Shown here: positions 37,521-47,019 of the stretch, piece after piece
Position numbering within the stretch: position 1 is the first letter of the stretch
Layout of the letters: each line of letters starts with the position of its first letter
Assembly (NCBI GenBank): GCA_018649885.1
Contig: JABIHA010000066.1
Location: 1-64,000 of the forward strand
Length of the DNA: 64,000 bases
Source: Bacteriovoracaceae bacterium
GTDB lineage: Bacteria > Bdellovibrionota > Bacteriovoracia > Bacteriovoracales > Bacteriovoracaceae
Direction of reading: 5' to 3'
Made by a program: the position numbers and the translations under genes
Notes under the pieces: model-generated
Databases searched by the model: none
Told to the model about the DNA's origin: nothing
Seen by the model: the letters and a program-made list of their open reading frames with translations, nothing else

Positions 37521-38994
37521 TCATAGTGTCCCCAAATGAATTAACATCTACGGCACTACCCCAAGCGATTTTCTTACTATCATTTGTCTGAAATGTTCTT
37601 CTTCTACTCTGCTGAGCATCTTTTGGTTTTTGTATGTAACTTAAATATGCCCTGGCTGAAACGGGCACCATCTTTACATCGGCTTCTATAATCTCTGAGA
37701 AAATTGTGTCTTCATCTTCAAAATAACGCCAGTAGGAGAAATCCATGGCATATTTTTTTATAAACTCAAATTCTCCATGATCTGTTTCACCCTCAAGTAA
37801 GACGGCCAGGTGATCAACCCCAAAAAATGAAAGAGTGAGTGGTTTTTTAATTCCTTTTCTGAGACCAGTAACAAAATCATCACAAAAGCTTTTCCAGAAA
37901 AATGCTACACCTTGATTTTTGTTTATAAGATTGTGGAGCTGGCCAAAACCAATATCAATTAACTGAGACTTTCCCTTAAAATTTTCATTAAACTCTTCGT
38001 CTAAAACAGTTAGAAAATTCCAACTTGAACTTTTCTCCAAATGGCCTTTTTCGTATTCATCACTTATATACTCTTTTCTAAAAGCACTACTTAGAAATGT
38101 TTCAAACACTCTCCAATCAAATAGTGATTTTACACTTTCCTCAATATTTAGAAATAAGAGAGCATCAGGCAGGTCATTTTTCCCGTAGATACGGATAACT
38201 TTAACTTCCTCTCCCAGTAGATCAGATGCTACCTGGTAGGCCATATTTTGAGCAAAGTATTCAATACCATTTTTTCCTTTCTCGCCAAGCCACAAAGAGG
38301 GAATCATCGTATACTTGCTGGACTGCACTTTAGGAGAAATGAGTTTGTTCCCAGAATCAGATAACTCAAAGTAGGCAAAGCGGTCCAATTCCTTCCAAGA
38401 ACTCATTGCATAATTTATTCTATCAAAAAAACTAAGAGCACTAGGAGCTGCCTCCACTCTATCTATAATTTTTATCTGCAACTTTTCAATTTCTCTTTTT
38501 TGTCTTTGTCTTTGACCAGATGAGATCAAAAGCCTAGTTTTATTCCTTTCACGTTTTAAATCATCAACAAGCCTTGTGTTGTCATTGCCAAGATCCACAT
38601 ATTTATTCACTCGTTTTAAAACCGATTTAACTTGGCCATCGTAATTACTATGAAGCTGGGCCCTGCCCTCTTCTTTGCAAATAAAACCAAAATGAAAAAT
38701 ATCAGTTGTTGATGACAACAGTGCTTTTGTTTGCTCTTTATAATAAAACACGAGAGGGAGGGATTCAGATTTTACATGTGGGTGATCACCCAAAAAGAAA
38801 TTTCTATCACTCATAACTTTGATATCAACAATTGCCAGCACTGGTTTTTCTTCTAGCGTTGCCTTCCAAAATTCTCCCAAGTTGGAAAAATACTGGGGAA
38901 GAATCCCTAGTTTTCTAAATGTGCGATTAAATTTTTGAGCCTCTTTAATATCTTCTAATAAAAGAGCTACAAAAGGCGCTTGTGAGTTAGACAT
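37510..38994 (-). CDS. Hypothetical protein, possible degenerate receiver, coiled coil and GGDEF-like fold
   Basis: N-terminal alpha/beta LLLED..PVLAIVD; C-terminal FFGVDHLAVLL. Confidence 0.6.
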   Translation of the reverse strand: MSNSQAPFVALLLEDIKEAQKFNRTFRKLGILPQYFSNLGEFWKATLEEKPVLAIVDIKVMSDRNFFLGDHPHVKSESLPLVFYYKEQTKALLSSTTDIFHFGFICKEEGRAQLHSNYDGQVKSVLKRVNKYVDLGNDNTRLVDDLKRERNKTRLLISSGQRQRQKREIEKLQIKIIDRVEAAPSALSFFDRINYAMSSWKELDRFAYFELSDSGNKLISPKVQSSKYTMIPSLWLGEKGKNGIEYFAQNMAYQVASDLLGEEVKVIRIYGKNDLPDALLFLNIEESVKSLFDWRVFETFLSSAFRKEYISDEYEKGHLEKSSSWNFLTVLDEEFNENFKGKSQLIDIGFGQLHNLINKNQGVAFFWKSFCDDFVTGLRKGIKKPLTLSFFGVDHLAVLLEGETDHGEFEFIKKYAMDFSYWRYFEDEDTIFSEIIEADVKMVPVSARAYLSYIQKPKDAQQSRRRTFQTNDSKKIAWGSAVDVNSFGDTMNEV

Positions 38995-39061
38995 GTAATC
39001 ATTCCTTGAAAATAATAAAACTGAGTAAAACCATCCGTTTTTTTGGCCCTCAACCTAAATA

Positions 39062-39601
39062 TTATATATTGATTCGGTCCGAAATAAAACTGTGCAAAAA
39101 GTTGTACTCGCTGTCTGGATCCGCGATTTGAAATTCTGCTTGAGAATAAAAAACCACTCGCTCCAAATAGAGCTTTTGCAAATCATCATCACTGAGTGCT
39201 GAAAGAGGCCTCGTTTGTTGATCCTGGCGAATTCTGTCTAAGCATGTGGAAAAAGGAGTGTTAACCCAAATTAAGTGAGCAGCTCCGGTGATATGGACGA
39301 TATTTTCAGCGTTTAAACTTCCCCCACCGAGTGAAATGATATGGTCTCTCTTGGCCGTTAACTCAGTCAGCAGCTCACCTTCGAGCTTTCTAAAGCCGTC
39401 CATCCCATTTTTTCTGACAAATTCAGGGATACTGCACCCTAGCACATTGTCTTCGAGTACTTGATCGGTGTCTAAGTATACTAAATCATTAAAATCACGC
39501 GCCAATCTTAGCCCTAATTGGGATTTTCCCGAAGCCATGAAACCGCACAAGCAAAAGAGAGCTTTATAAGTAGATATGTGATTCATCTTTACCACCTGCA
39601 C
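39062..39601 (-). CDS. aroK: Shikimate kinase
   Basis: GFMASGKS, DTD, FRKLE, ISLGGG and RPL motifs. Confidence 0.88.
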   Translation of the reverse strand: MQVVKMNHISTYKALFCLCGFMASGKSQLGLRLARDFNDLVYLDTDQVLEDNVLGCSIPEFVRKNGMDGFRKLEGELLTELTAKRDHIISLGGGSLNAENIVHITGAAHLIWVNTPFSTCLDRIRQDQQTRPLSALSDDDLQKLYLERVVFYSQAEFQIADPDSEYNFLHSFISDRINI

Positions 39602-39711
39602 TAAAAGACATAATTCTCTTGTTTAAAAAGGTGCATCCCTTGCCATTTGAGCACCTATTTAGTAATCAAGATACCTTGAATTTAATGAAATTAGTATGGC
39701 CGGAGGTTATA

Positions 39712-39927
39712 GTGGCGGTTCCAAAGAAAAAAACATCTGTTTCCAGAAAAGGCCTTAGAAGAGCAGGCCATACCCATAAGCTTCAAAGAAGGTTTACAAT
39801 TGCATGTCCAAATTGCGGAGCAGCTGTTGTACCTCTACATATTTGTCCTTCTTGTGGAACTTATAAGGGTAAGGAATATATCCAGCTCAAAGCTGATACT
39901 GAAGAAGAGAGTGGTGACCAAGCTTAA
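39712..39927 (+). CDS. rpmF: 50S ribosomal protein L32
   Basis: GGAGG plus GTG; AVPKKKTS..CPNCG..HICPSCGTYKG. Confidence 0.95.
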   Translation: MAVPKKKTSVSRKGLRRAGHTHKLQRRFTIACPNCGAAVVPLHICPSCGTYKGKEYIQLKADTEEESGDQA

Positions 39928-39996
39928 TCAATTTAATTTGATTTTGTGGACCATCTTGATCTTGCCGTTTAAAAAAAAGACATGTTTAATCTGTTG

Positions 39997-40038
39997 ACCT
40001 TCTGTCTCCTACGCTTAGGATCCAGAAGGTTTTTTTTT
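39997..40038 (+). terminator. Intrinsic terminator after rpmF
   Basis: ACCTTCTG..TCCTA-CGCT-TAGGA..CAGAAGGT plus a T-run. Confidence 0.7.
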
Positions 40039-40043
40039 ACTCG

Positions 40044-40148
40044 TATACTGATTCCAGTTTGGATTTCAAGTGAGTGGATGACGAAGAAGGCGTGTAACAC
40101 ACTCCGATGAGGAATACGCCACTTGAAATCCAAACTGGGATCAGTATA
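40044..40148 (+). repeat. 105-bp TATAC-ended palindromic element (MITE/ERIC-like or structured RNA), copy 1
   Basis: 29-bp inverted arms with one T-G pair around a 47-nt core; second copy at 43151-43255. Confidence 0.9.
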
Positions 40149-40170
40149 GAGGCAATTTGAGGAAGAGCAT

Positions 40171-41172
40171 ATGACCCAGTTTCGAACAAAAATTTTGGCA
40201 ATGGGGTCAAACCATCCCGAAAAAAAACTCACTAATTTTGACCTTGAAAAAATGGTTGATACCAATCATGAGTGGATTGTTGAAAGAACAGGTATTAGCG
40301 AGCGCAGAATAAGTGACAGAAGAAAGGGAGAGCTGCCATCAGATATGGCGGCAAAAGCAACTCGCCAGGCACTTGATAAAGCAAATTTGAATGCAGACGA
40401 AATTGATCTGATCATTTACGCGACCAATACCCCCGACAACAATCTCCCCAATAGTGCCGTCCAACTTCAACAAAAATTAGGAATTACAAACCAGTGTCCA
40501 GCATTTGACTTAACGGCTGCATGTTCAGGGTTTGTTTACGGCATGTCTATGGCCGACAACCTCATAAAAGCTGGCGCCTATAAAAAGATCTTAGTTGTGG
40601 GAACAGAAATGCTCTCCAATATGGTTAACTGGTCAGACAGGTCCACCTGTATATTATTTGGTGATGGAGCAGGCGTTGCTGTCGTAGGAAGGGCCTCAGA
40701 GGGTGAGAGTAGTGAAATTCTCGCAACCAAGCTTGGAAGTGATGGCTCAGGAAAAGAATCCCTTTGGATTCCAAATGGGGGCTGTGCCAAACCTATAACA
40801 GAAGAAAATGTGAACGATCCCGATCGATATATTCAAATGGTCGGACAAGATATATTCAAATGGGCCGTACGAACTCTCGCCAAATGTGCCAAAACAGTAC
40901 TTGAAGATGCAGGAAAAACTCTCGCCGATGTAGATTGGTTTATTCCCCATCAGGCAAATATGAGAATTATTCAAGCAGCAGCAAAAAGACTCGATATCCC
41001 ACAAGAAAAAGTCATTATAAATATTGAACGTTTTGGAAATACCTCTGCGGCCACAATACCAACTGCCATGGATGAAGCAATTGAAGATGGTCGTATAAGA
41101 AGAGGGGATCTCATTTTAATCGACGCCTTTGGTGCTGGCTTAACCTATGGTGCAAGCCTGCTCGTGTATTAG
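40171..41172 (+). CDS. fabH: 3-oxoacyl-ACP synthase III
   Basis: AACSGF, FGDGAG, PHQAN and GNTSAA motifs. Confidence 0.95.
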   Translation: MTQFRTKILAMGSNHPEKKLTNFDLEKMVDTNHEWIVERTGISERRISDRRKGELPSDMAAKATRQALDKANLNADEIDLIIYATNTPDNNLPNSAVQLQQKLGITNQCPAFDLTAACSGFVYGMSMADNLIKAGAYKKILVVGTEMLSNMVNWSDRSTCILFGDGAGVAVVGRASEGESSEILATKLGSDGSGKESLWIPNGGCAKPITEENVNDPDRYIQMVGQDIFKWAVRTLAKCAKTVLEDAGKTLADVDWFIPHQANMRIIQAAAKRLDIPQEKVIINIERFGNTSAATIPTAMDEAIEDGRIRRGDLILIDAFGAGLTYGASLLVY

Positions 41173-41180
41173 GATTAGAA

Positions 41181-42137
41181 ATGACAAAGCCTTTGGCCTT
41201 ACTTTTTCCAGGACAGGGATCACAATATGTGGGAATGGGCAGTGAATTTGCCTCGAACCCACTCTTTGATACCGTCAACTCAGTACTTGATGTCGACTTA
41301 AAAAAAATGATGCTTGATGGTCCTGAGGATCAGCTCAAGTTAACAATGTACACCCAACCAGCGATTCTAACGCACTCATATTTTCTGTTTCAAAAAATAG
41401 AATCACTTTTAAAGTCTAAAAATATATCCGCGCAATATGTCTTGGGACATTCTGTGGGAGAATACGCTGCACTTGTTGCTGCAGGCTCAATCCCTTTTGA
41501 AAGTGCCGTAAAAGCGGTTTTCTTAAGGGGCAAGTACATGCAAGAAGCCGTAGCAGTGGGCGAAGGAAAAATGGCTGCCATTCTCAGGCTTGAAGATGAT
41601 ATCGTCTCCCTTGCCTGTAAAAATGCAACCACCGAACAAGAAAAAGTCATGCCTGCCAATTTCAACTCCCCTGGGCAAGTTGTTATATCGGGGCATTCAG
41701 CAGCTGTTGATAGGGCCATAGCGTGGCTTACACAAAATAGTGAAGCTCGCTTTAAAAGTGTAGAGCTTCCTGTATCTGCTCCCTTTCACTCAGCTCTTAT
41801 GAAACCAGCTGAAAATAAGCTGAGCGCACACTTTGACGAAATACCATTCGCCTCAAATACCACCACTTATATTGCCAATATTGATGGCAAAGAATACGTC
41901 GCTGGAAGTGATCCCGGGTTAATTCGGTCGAACTTAGTGAGCCAAGTTTGTGGTAGCGTATTGTGGAGAAGCAGTATTGAAAATCTCCCAGACAATACCA
42001 TTTGCCTGGAAGTTGGACCTGGCAAAATACTGACGGGTCTAGTGAGAAAAATTAATCGAAATCTAACTGTCATCCCAATGGATAGCGAAGATGGCACTCA
42101 TAAGCTCGAGCAAGCTTTGAATGGAGATAACTCATGA
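41181..42137 (+). CDS. fabD: Malonyl-CoA-ACP transacylase
   Basis: FPGQGSQ, TQPAI, GHSVGEY and APFHS motifs. Confidence 0.95.
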   Translation: MTKPLALLFPGQGSQYVGMGSEFASNPLFDTVNSVLDVDLKKMMLDGPEDQLKLTMYTQPAILTHSYFLFQKIESLLKSKNISAQYVLGHSVGEYAALVAAGSIPFESAVKAVFLRGKYMQEAVAVGEGKMAAILRLEDDIVSLACKNATTEQEKVMPANFNSPGQVVISGHSAAVDRAIAWLTQNSEARFKSVELPVSAPFHSALMKPAENKLSAHFDEIPFASNTTTYIANIDGKEYVAGSDPGLIRSNLVSQVCGSVLWRSSIENLPDNTICLEVGPGKILTGLVRKINRNLTVIPMDSEDGTHKLEQALNGDNS

Positions 42138-42892
42138 GCGAAGTAGTTTACCGTGATCTCAATGACAAAGTGATCTTAGTTACAGGTGCCACCCGTGGCA
42201 TTGGAAAAAAGATTGCCTGCTCTCTTGCTGAGCAAGGTGCTCACGTGGTTTTTAATTATAGAGGTGATGATGCTGCAGCTAATGCATTAAAAGATGAGCT
42301 CACATCCATAGGCGGAAAAGCATCTGCGTTAAAATTTGATGTCACTGACACCGAAACAATGAAATCGGCCATTAAAGATTTTACAGCGGAGCATCAAATA
42401 ACTGGCCTTGTAAATAATGCCGGAATTTCAAAAGATCAGTTAATCCTCAGGCTTAAAGAAGAAGATCTTCAACAAATTATTGGTACCAACTTAAATGCAG
42501 CCATAATGCTCACCTCGATTCTTTCCAGGAATTTTCTCAAGGCGAAAGACGTCTCTGTCATTAACGTCAGCTCAGTGGTTGGACTCATGGGAAATGCCTC
42601 TCAAGTCCCCTATGCTGCATCCAAAGCCGGTCTCATCGGTTTTACCAAGTCCTATGCCAAGGAGCTTGCCAGCAGAAATGTAAGGTGCAATGCAATTTGT
42701 CCCGGATTTATTGAAACAGATATGACTCAGAGTCTGGACGATAAAGTAATCGAAAGCTATAAGTCTGTAATACCTTTATCTCGTATGGGAAGTGGTGAGG
42801 ACGTTGCTGCACTTTGTATGTTTTTATTATCAAAGGCCTCTTCCTACATTACTGGAGAAGTGATTAAAATAGATGGTGGATTATATATTTAA
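42134..42892 (+). CDS. fabG: 3-oxoacyl-ACP reductase
   Basis: TGATRGIG, NNAG and YAASK motifs. Confidence 0.95.
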   Translation: MSEVVYRDLNDKVILVTGATRGIGKKIACSLAEQGAHVVFNYRGDDAAANALKDELTSIGGKASALKFDVTDTETMKSAIKDFTAEHQITGLVNNAGISKDQLILRLKEEDLQQIIGTNLNAAIMLTSILSRNFLKAKDVSVINVSSVVGLMGNASQVPYAASKAGLIGFTKSYAKELASRNVRCNAICPGFIETDMTQSLDDKVIESYKSVIPLSRMGSGEDVAALCMFLLSKASSYITGEVIKIDGGLYI

Positions 42893-42925
42893 ATATTAGT
42901 AGAAATATTATTAGGAGTAGAAAAA

Positions 42926-43147
42926 ATGGAAGCAAAAGTTATCAAGTTAGTAAGTGAAGCAACAAAAATTGAACCAGATAAAATCAGTGGTGCAACTTCT
43001 TTTATTGATGATCTTAATCTCGACTCACTCGATATTGTTGAGCTTATGATGAAAATGGAAGATGAGTTTGGAGTTGAAATTCCAGAAGAAGACGCTGAAG
43101 GACTAAAAACCGTAAGCGATGTAGTAAAATACTTAGGAAGTAAGTAG
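42926..43147 (+). CDS. acpP: Acyl carrier protein
   Basis: DDLNLDSLDIVEL motif. Confidence 0.95.
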   Translation: MEAKVIKLVSEATKIEPDKISGATSFIDDLNLDSLDIVELMMKMEDEFGVEIPEEDAEGLKTVSDVVKYLGSK

Positions 43148-43150
43148 CTT

Positions 43151-43255
43151 TATACTGAAGCGCTTCAGGCTTTCCAGTGGCGTGTTCCTCGTCGGAGTGT
43201 GACACACGCCTTCCTCGTCACCCACTCACTGGAAAACCTAAATCACTTCAGTATA
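43151..43255 (-). repeat. 105-bp TATAC-ended palindromic element, copy 2 (inverted relative to copy 1)
   Basis: Same length and ends; core 41/47 identical to copy 1 on the minus strand. Confidence 0.9.
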
Positions 43256-43280
43256 AAAGCAAATTCTAAAGGACAACGGA

Positions 43281-44534
43281 ATGGGCCAATCTTCAAAAAA
43301 AATTGCTGTTACAGGTATGGGGTCTATTTGTGGTCTCGGTAATAACCTAGGCGATATTTGGCAGGGATTGATTGACGGTAAGTCAGGAATTTCAAATGTA
43401 GATAAAATCGATCTCTCTGAGATGCCCACCAAATTTGGTGGCATCGTTAAAGATTTCCAGATCAGTGAGAAAATTTTATCTCCCAAAGACGTAAAAAGGT
43501 ACGATGACTTTTTACTATTTATTCTAAATGCTTCAGCCGAAGCATATACAGATTGTGGAATAGTAGATTCAGACTATCAAAAAGATAAAATAGGCTGCAT
43601 TTTAGGTGTTGGCATGGGTGGATTTCCCATGATTGAAAAAACCCACGAAATCTACATGGCCAAAGGCCAAAGACGGGTCTCTCCCTTTTTTATACCTGGT
43701 GTAATTCCCAATATGAGCTCTGGACTTGTCTCTATTTATCTCGGACTACACGGTATTAATTATTCTATTTCTTCGGCTTGTGCCTCAAGTGCCCATGCAA
43801 TCTCTGCTGCTTGCTATGAAATTCAAAGTGGAAGACATGATGTCATGGTCACTGGTGGTGGCGAGGGTGCCATAAGCTATCTTGCCTATGCAGGTTTTTC
43901 TTCAATGAAGGCCCTTTCCAGAAGAAACGAAAATCCCGAAATGGCCTCTAGGCCTTTTGACAAAGACCGTGATGGATTTGTTATTGGTGAAGGTGCTGGA
44001 GTTCTAGTGCTTGAAGAACTAGAGCGCGCGAAGGCCCGCGGTGCTAAAATCTATGCCACTATTGAAGGGCATGGAGCGAGTAGCGATGCCTATCATATTA
44101 CAGCTCCACATCCTGAGGGAATCGGCGCTATTATCAGCATGGAAAAGTGTATTAAAGATGCAGGTATTTCTCCTGAACAAATTGGTTATATTAATGCCCA
44201 CGGTACTTCAACACCTCTAGGTGATATTGCTGAAACGACTGCTATTAAAAAAGTCTTTGGAGATTGTGCAAAAAATATCAATATCAGCTCCTCAAAATCC
44301 ATGACAGGTCACTTACTGGGTGGAGCAGGAGGACTTGAAACGATTATTTGTATCAAGGCCATGATGGAGGGGATCATTCCTCCCACAATTAATTTAGACA
44401 ACCAAGACCCTGCGTGTGATCTCAACTATACCCCCAATGTTCACGTTAAACGCGATATACCCTATGCCCTTAATAATTCTTTTGGATTCGGGGGAACCAA
44501 CTCTACGCTTATACTAAAAAACCCCAACTTATAA
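43281..44534 (+). CDS. fabF: 3-oxoacyl-ACP synthase II
   Basis: SACAS, NAHGTST, GHLLG and NSFGFGG motifs. Confidence 0.95.
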   Translation: MGQSSKKIAVTGMGSICGLGNNLGDIWQGLIDGKSGISNVDKIDLSEMPTKFGGIVKDFQISEKILSPKDVKRYDDFLLFILNASAEAYTDCGIVDSDYQKDKIGCILGVGMGGFPMIEKTHEIYMAKGQRRVSPFFIPGVIPNMSSGLVSIYLGLHGINYSISSACASSAHAISAACYEIQSGRHDVMVTGGGEGAISYLAYAGFSSMKALSRRNENPEMASRPFDKDRDGFVIGEGAGVLVLEELERAKARGAKIYATIEGHGASSDAYHITAPHPEGIGAIISMEKCIKDAGISPEQIGYINAHGTSTPLGDIAETTAIKKVFGDCAKNINISSSKSMTGHLLGGAGGLETIICIKAMMEGIIPPTINLDNQDPACDLNYTPNVHVKRDIPYALNNSFGFGGTNSTLILKNPNL

Positions 44535-44543
44535 GAGGTTGCT

Positions 44544-45797
44544 ATGTTTCACAAAAATGCCACAAGTCTTGAATCAATGGACCCTGAGATTTTTCAATTA
44601 ACTAGACAAGAACTTAAAAGACAGGAAGAGGGTTTAGAGTTAATCGCCTCTGAAAATTATACCTCAAAAGCCGTGATGGAAGCACAAGGTAGTGTACTCA
44701 CCAATAAATATGCAGAGGGCTACCCCGGAAAAAGATATTATGGTGGTTGTGAATGTGTTGATAGTTCTGAATCACTAGCTATATCGAGAGCGCTTGAGCT
44801 CTTTGGCGCAAGTTATGCCAATGTTCAACCACACTCAGGTTCCCAAGCTAATATGGCAGCCTACTTTGCGGCCATAAAGCCAGGAGAAAAAGTACTGGGA
44901 ATGAACCTTAGTGAGGGAGGTCATCTCACTCATGGAAGCCCCGTCAATTTTTCGGGGAAATTATTTGAAATTGTAGCTTATGGACTCAATCCAGAAACTG
45001 AAAGAATTGACTACGACCAACTTTCTGAAATCGCTAAAAAAGAAAAACCAAGTCTTATTGTAGCAGGGGCCAGTGCTTACCCTAGAACTATAGACTTTAA
45101 AATATTTAAAGAAATTGCAGATAGTGTTGGAGCGATTCTAATGGTGGACATGGCTCACATTGCAGGCCTCGTGGCCACTGGTCACCACCCAACTCCAGTT
45201 GGAATTGCTGACATTGTCACCTCTACAACACATAAAACTCTTCGTGGTCCAAGGGGCGGGCTAATACTCGCCACTGATAACGAAAGATGGATGAAAAAAA
45301 TAAATTCAAATATCTTTCCAGGAATCCAAGGTGGACCACTCGAGCATGTCATCGCTGCAAAAGCAGTTGCCTTTAAGGAGGCGCTCGATCCAAGTTTCAA
45401 GGTATATTCAGATAATGTGGTAAAAAATTCCAAGGCGCTTGCTGAAACCCTTATGAACCAAGAAATTGGTTTAGTTTCAGGAGGAAGTGACAACCACCTC
45501 ATTTTGATAAAGACTGACTCAGTTAATATGTCAGGGAAAGTTGCTGAAAAACTTCTTGAAACCGTTCACATCACCACTAACAAAAATATGGTCCCGGGGG
45601 ATACTAGATCACCTTTTGTTACAAGCGGTATCCGAATTGGTACTCCTGCTATGACCACTAGAGGCCTTGGCACTACTGAGATGGAACTAGTAGGTAATTG
45701 GATTTCATCAGTACTAAAAAACCCAACAGACTTAGGTCTTCATGAAAAAGTTAAGGGTGAAGTGATGGAATTATGTCGAAAATTTCCTTTGTACTAA
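44544..45797 (+). CDS. glyA: Serine hydroxymethyltransferase
   Basis: LIASENY, YAEGYPG and [13 protein letters not shown] motifs. Confidence 0.97.
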   Translation: MFHKNATSLESMDPEIFQLTRQELKRQEEGLELIASENYTSKAVMEAQGSVLTNKYAEGYPGKRYYGGCECVDSSESLAISRALELFGASYANVQPHSGSQANMAAYFAAIKPGEKVLGMNLSEGGHLTHGSPVNFSGKLFEIVAYGLNPETERIDYDQLSEIAKKEKPSLIVAGASAYPRTIDFKIFKEIADSVGAILMVDMAHIAGLVATGHHPTPVGIADIVTSTTHKTLRGPRGGLILATDNERWMKKINSNIFPGIQGGPLEHVIAAKAVAFKEALDPSFKVYSDNVVKNSKALAETLMNQEIGLVSGGSDNHLILIKTDSVNMSGKVAEKLLETVHITTNKNMVPGDTRSPFVTSGIRIGTPAMTTRGLGTTEMELVGNWISSVLKNPTDLGLHEKVKGEVMELCRKFPLY

Positions 45798-46054
45798 TTC
45801 TATTCATAGCAATTGCATTAGCCGGATGCTCTTCTTCTAAAGAGCATCAAGGCAATCAAATCAGAAAAGAGAAAACCTATCTCAGCGATATGATTTCGGT
45901 AAAAAGGGCAATTCAGCTTGCTAAGGTTTCCTATATAAAAGGCTGCACAGAGCACGCAAAATCGATGAGACAGAAAATATTCCATAAAAATTGCGTAGTT
46001 AGAGCAAGTGAATATGTAAAATCCAATATTCTCTCCATTTTAGAGACGGAATAA
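45773..46054 (+). CDS. Hypothetical lipoprotein
   Basis: Lipobox LAGC. Confidence 0.65.
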   Translation: MSKISFVLILFIAIALAGCSSSKEHQGNQIRKEKTYLSDMISVKRAIQLAKVSYIKGCTEHAKSMRQKIFHKNCVVRASEYVKSNILSILETE

Positions 46055-46176
46055 TTACACACCACTGTTAATTATTTCTTAATTAAATAAATGTTAATTT
46101 TTCACCTCACCGGTAATAATCTACCCATTGATAACGCATCGTGCTAATTAAATTTTACAAGCAAAGGAGATAAGAC

Positions 46177-47019
46177 ATGAAATATTTCAATTCTAGTATT
46201 TTAATTTTTCTCATAACTTTTTCGGCCATGAGCTCTACCGAAATAGAGACGCTGAAAAGCTGTATTGTAGATTACCAAAGAAACTCTATTGAAAATAAAG
46301 TTATCGAAGGAACTGCTGCGACTTCACTTGTTCTAGCGGGATCTACAGCTGCTGGTTTTTTTGCTCCCGTAGATGATGGGCCGATTTTTGGTAACTTTTC
46401 TGATGAGGGAAAAAAAGCAGTTGGGATTTCTTATATAGCACTAGCTGCCGCAACAGGCACGATTATTGGAACCACATCCCTGGTAAAACTTATACGTTAC
46501 AAGTATCTCCCAAAATTATTACAAGAGGTTTTACATCAGAACCAACCTATAGACCAATATGCACTCTCAAAACAAGAATCAATGTGGGCATCAACGGTAG
46601 AAAACCAGAAGGATGTTAGTGAAAAGAAACTTGCTAGGTCATTTGCCAGAAAATTTCCAGCAGATTATCGAATTCTTTTAAAACAACGTCGAATTAGAAA
46701 GCGTCTAGGAAGAAAGGGCCTCAGGCTTGCAAAGAAAAAAGCCACTGCAAAAGCTTTAAAGGCGCTGGAAACAGATGAAAGAGGCTCAATAACTGAGGAG
46801 CAACTCTATAGTGCTATTTTAAAAAATGCAGTGTCTCTATGTGATGGAAGCGTTAGAGATAGCTTTCATGATGTGAAGAAAAAATACAAGAAACAATTGA
46901 TATGTGATGAAAGTAACAATTGCGAGTTACAAAATGTAGAGGTAAAACGTTCGAATAAACTCGCAAGTCATTCCGATTTTATTAAGTATATGCAAGAGAA
47001 ATTCTCAGAACTACTTTAA
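46177..47019 (+). CDS. Hypothetical secreted protein with hydrophobic hairpin and basic region
   Basis: AGGAG RBS; signal peptide. Confidence 0.7.
   Translation: MKYFNSSILIFLITFSAMSSTEIETLKSCIVDYQRNSIENKVIEGTAATSLVLAGSTAAGFFAPVDDGPIFGNFSDEGKKAVGISYIALAAATGTIIGTTSLVKLIRYKYLPKLLQEVLHQNQPIDQYALSKQESMWASTVENQKDVSEKKLARSFARKFPADYRILLKQRRIRKRLGRKGLRLAKKKATAKALKALETDERGSITEEQLYSAILKNAVSLCDGSVRDSFHDVKKKYKKQLICDESNNCELQNVEVKRSNKLASHSDFIKYMQEKFSELL

Noticed and set aside
40073..40119. Hammerhead ribozyme call for the 105-bp element core (CCGATGAG-GAA resemblance)
   Set aside because: Lacks the exact CUGANGA/GAAA core and a three-stem junction on either strand.
39969..40265. Minus-strand ORFs across the palindromic elements (also 43238-43486)
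   Set aside because: Antisense to fabH and fabF, no RBS; explained by the repeat.
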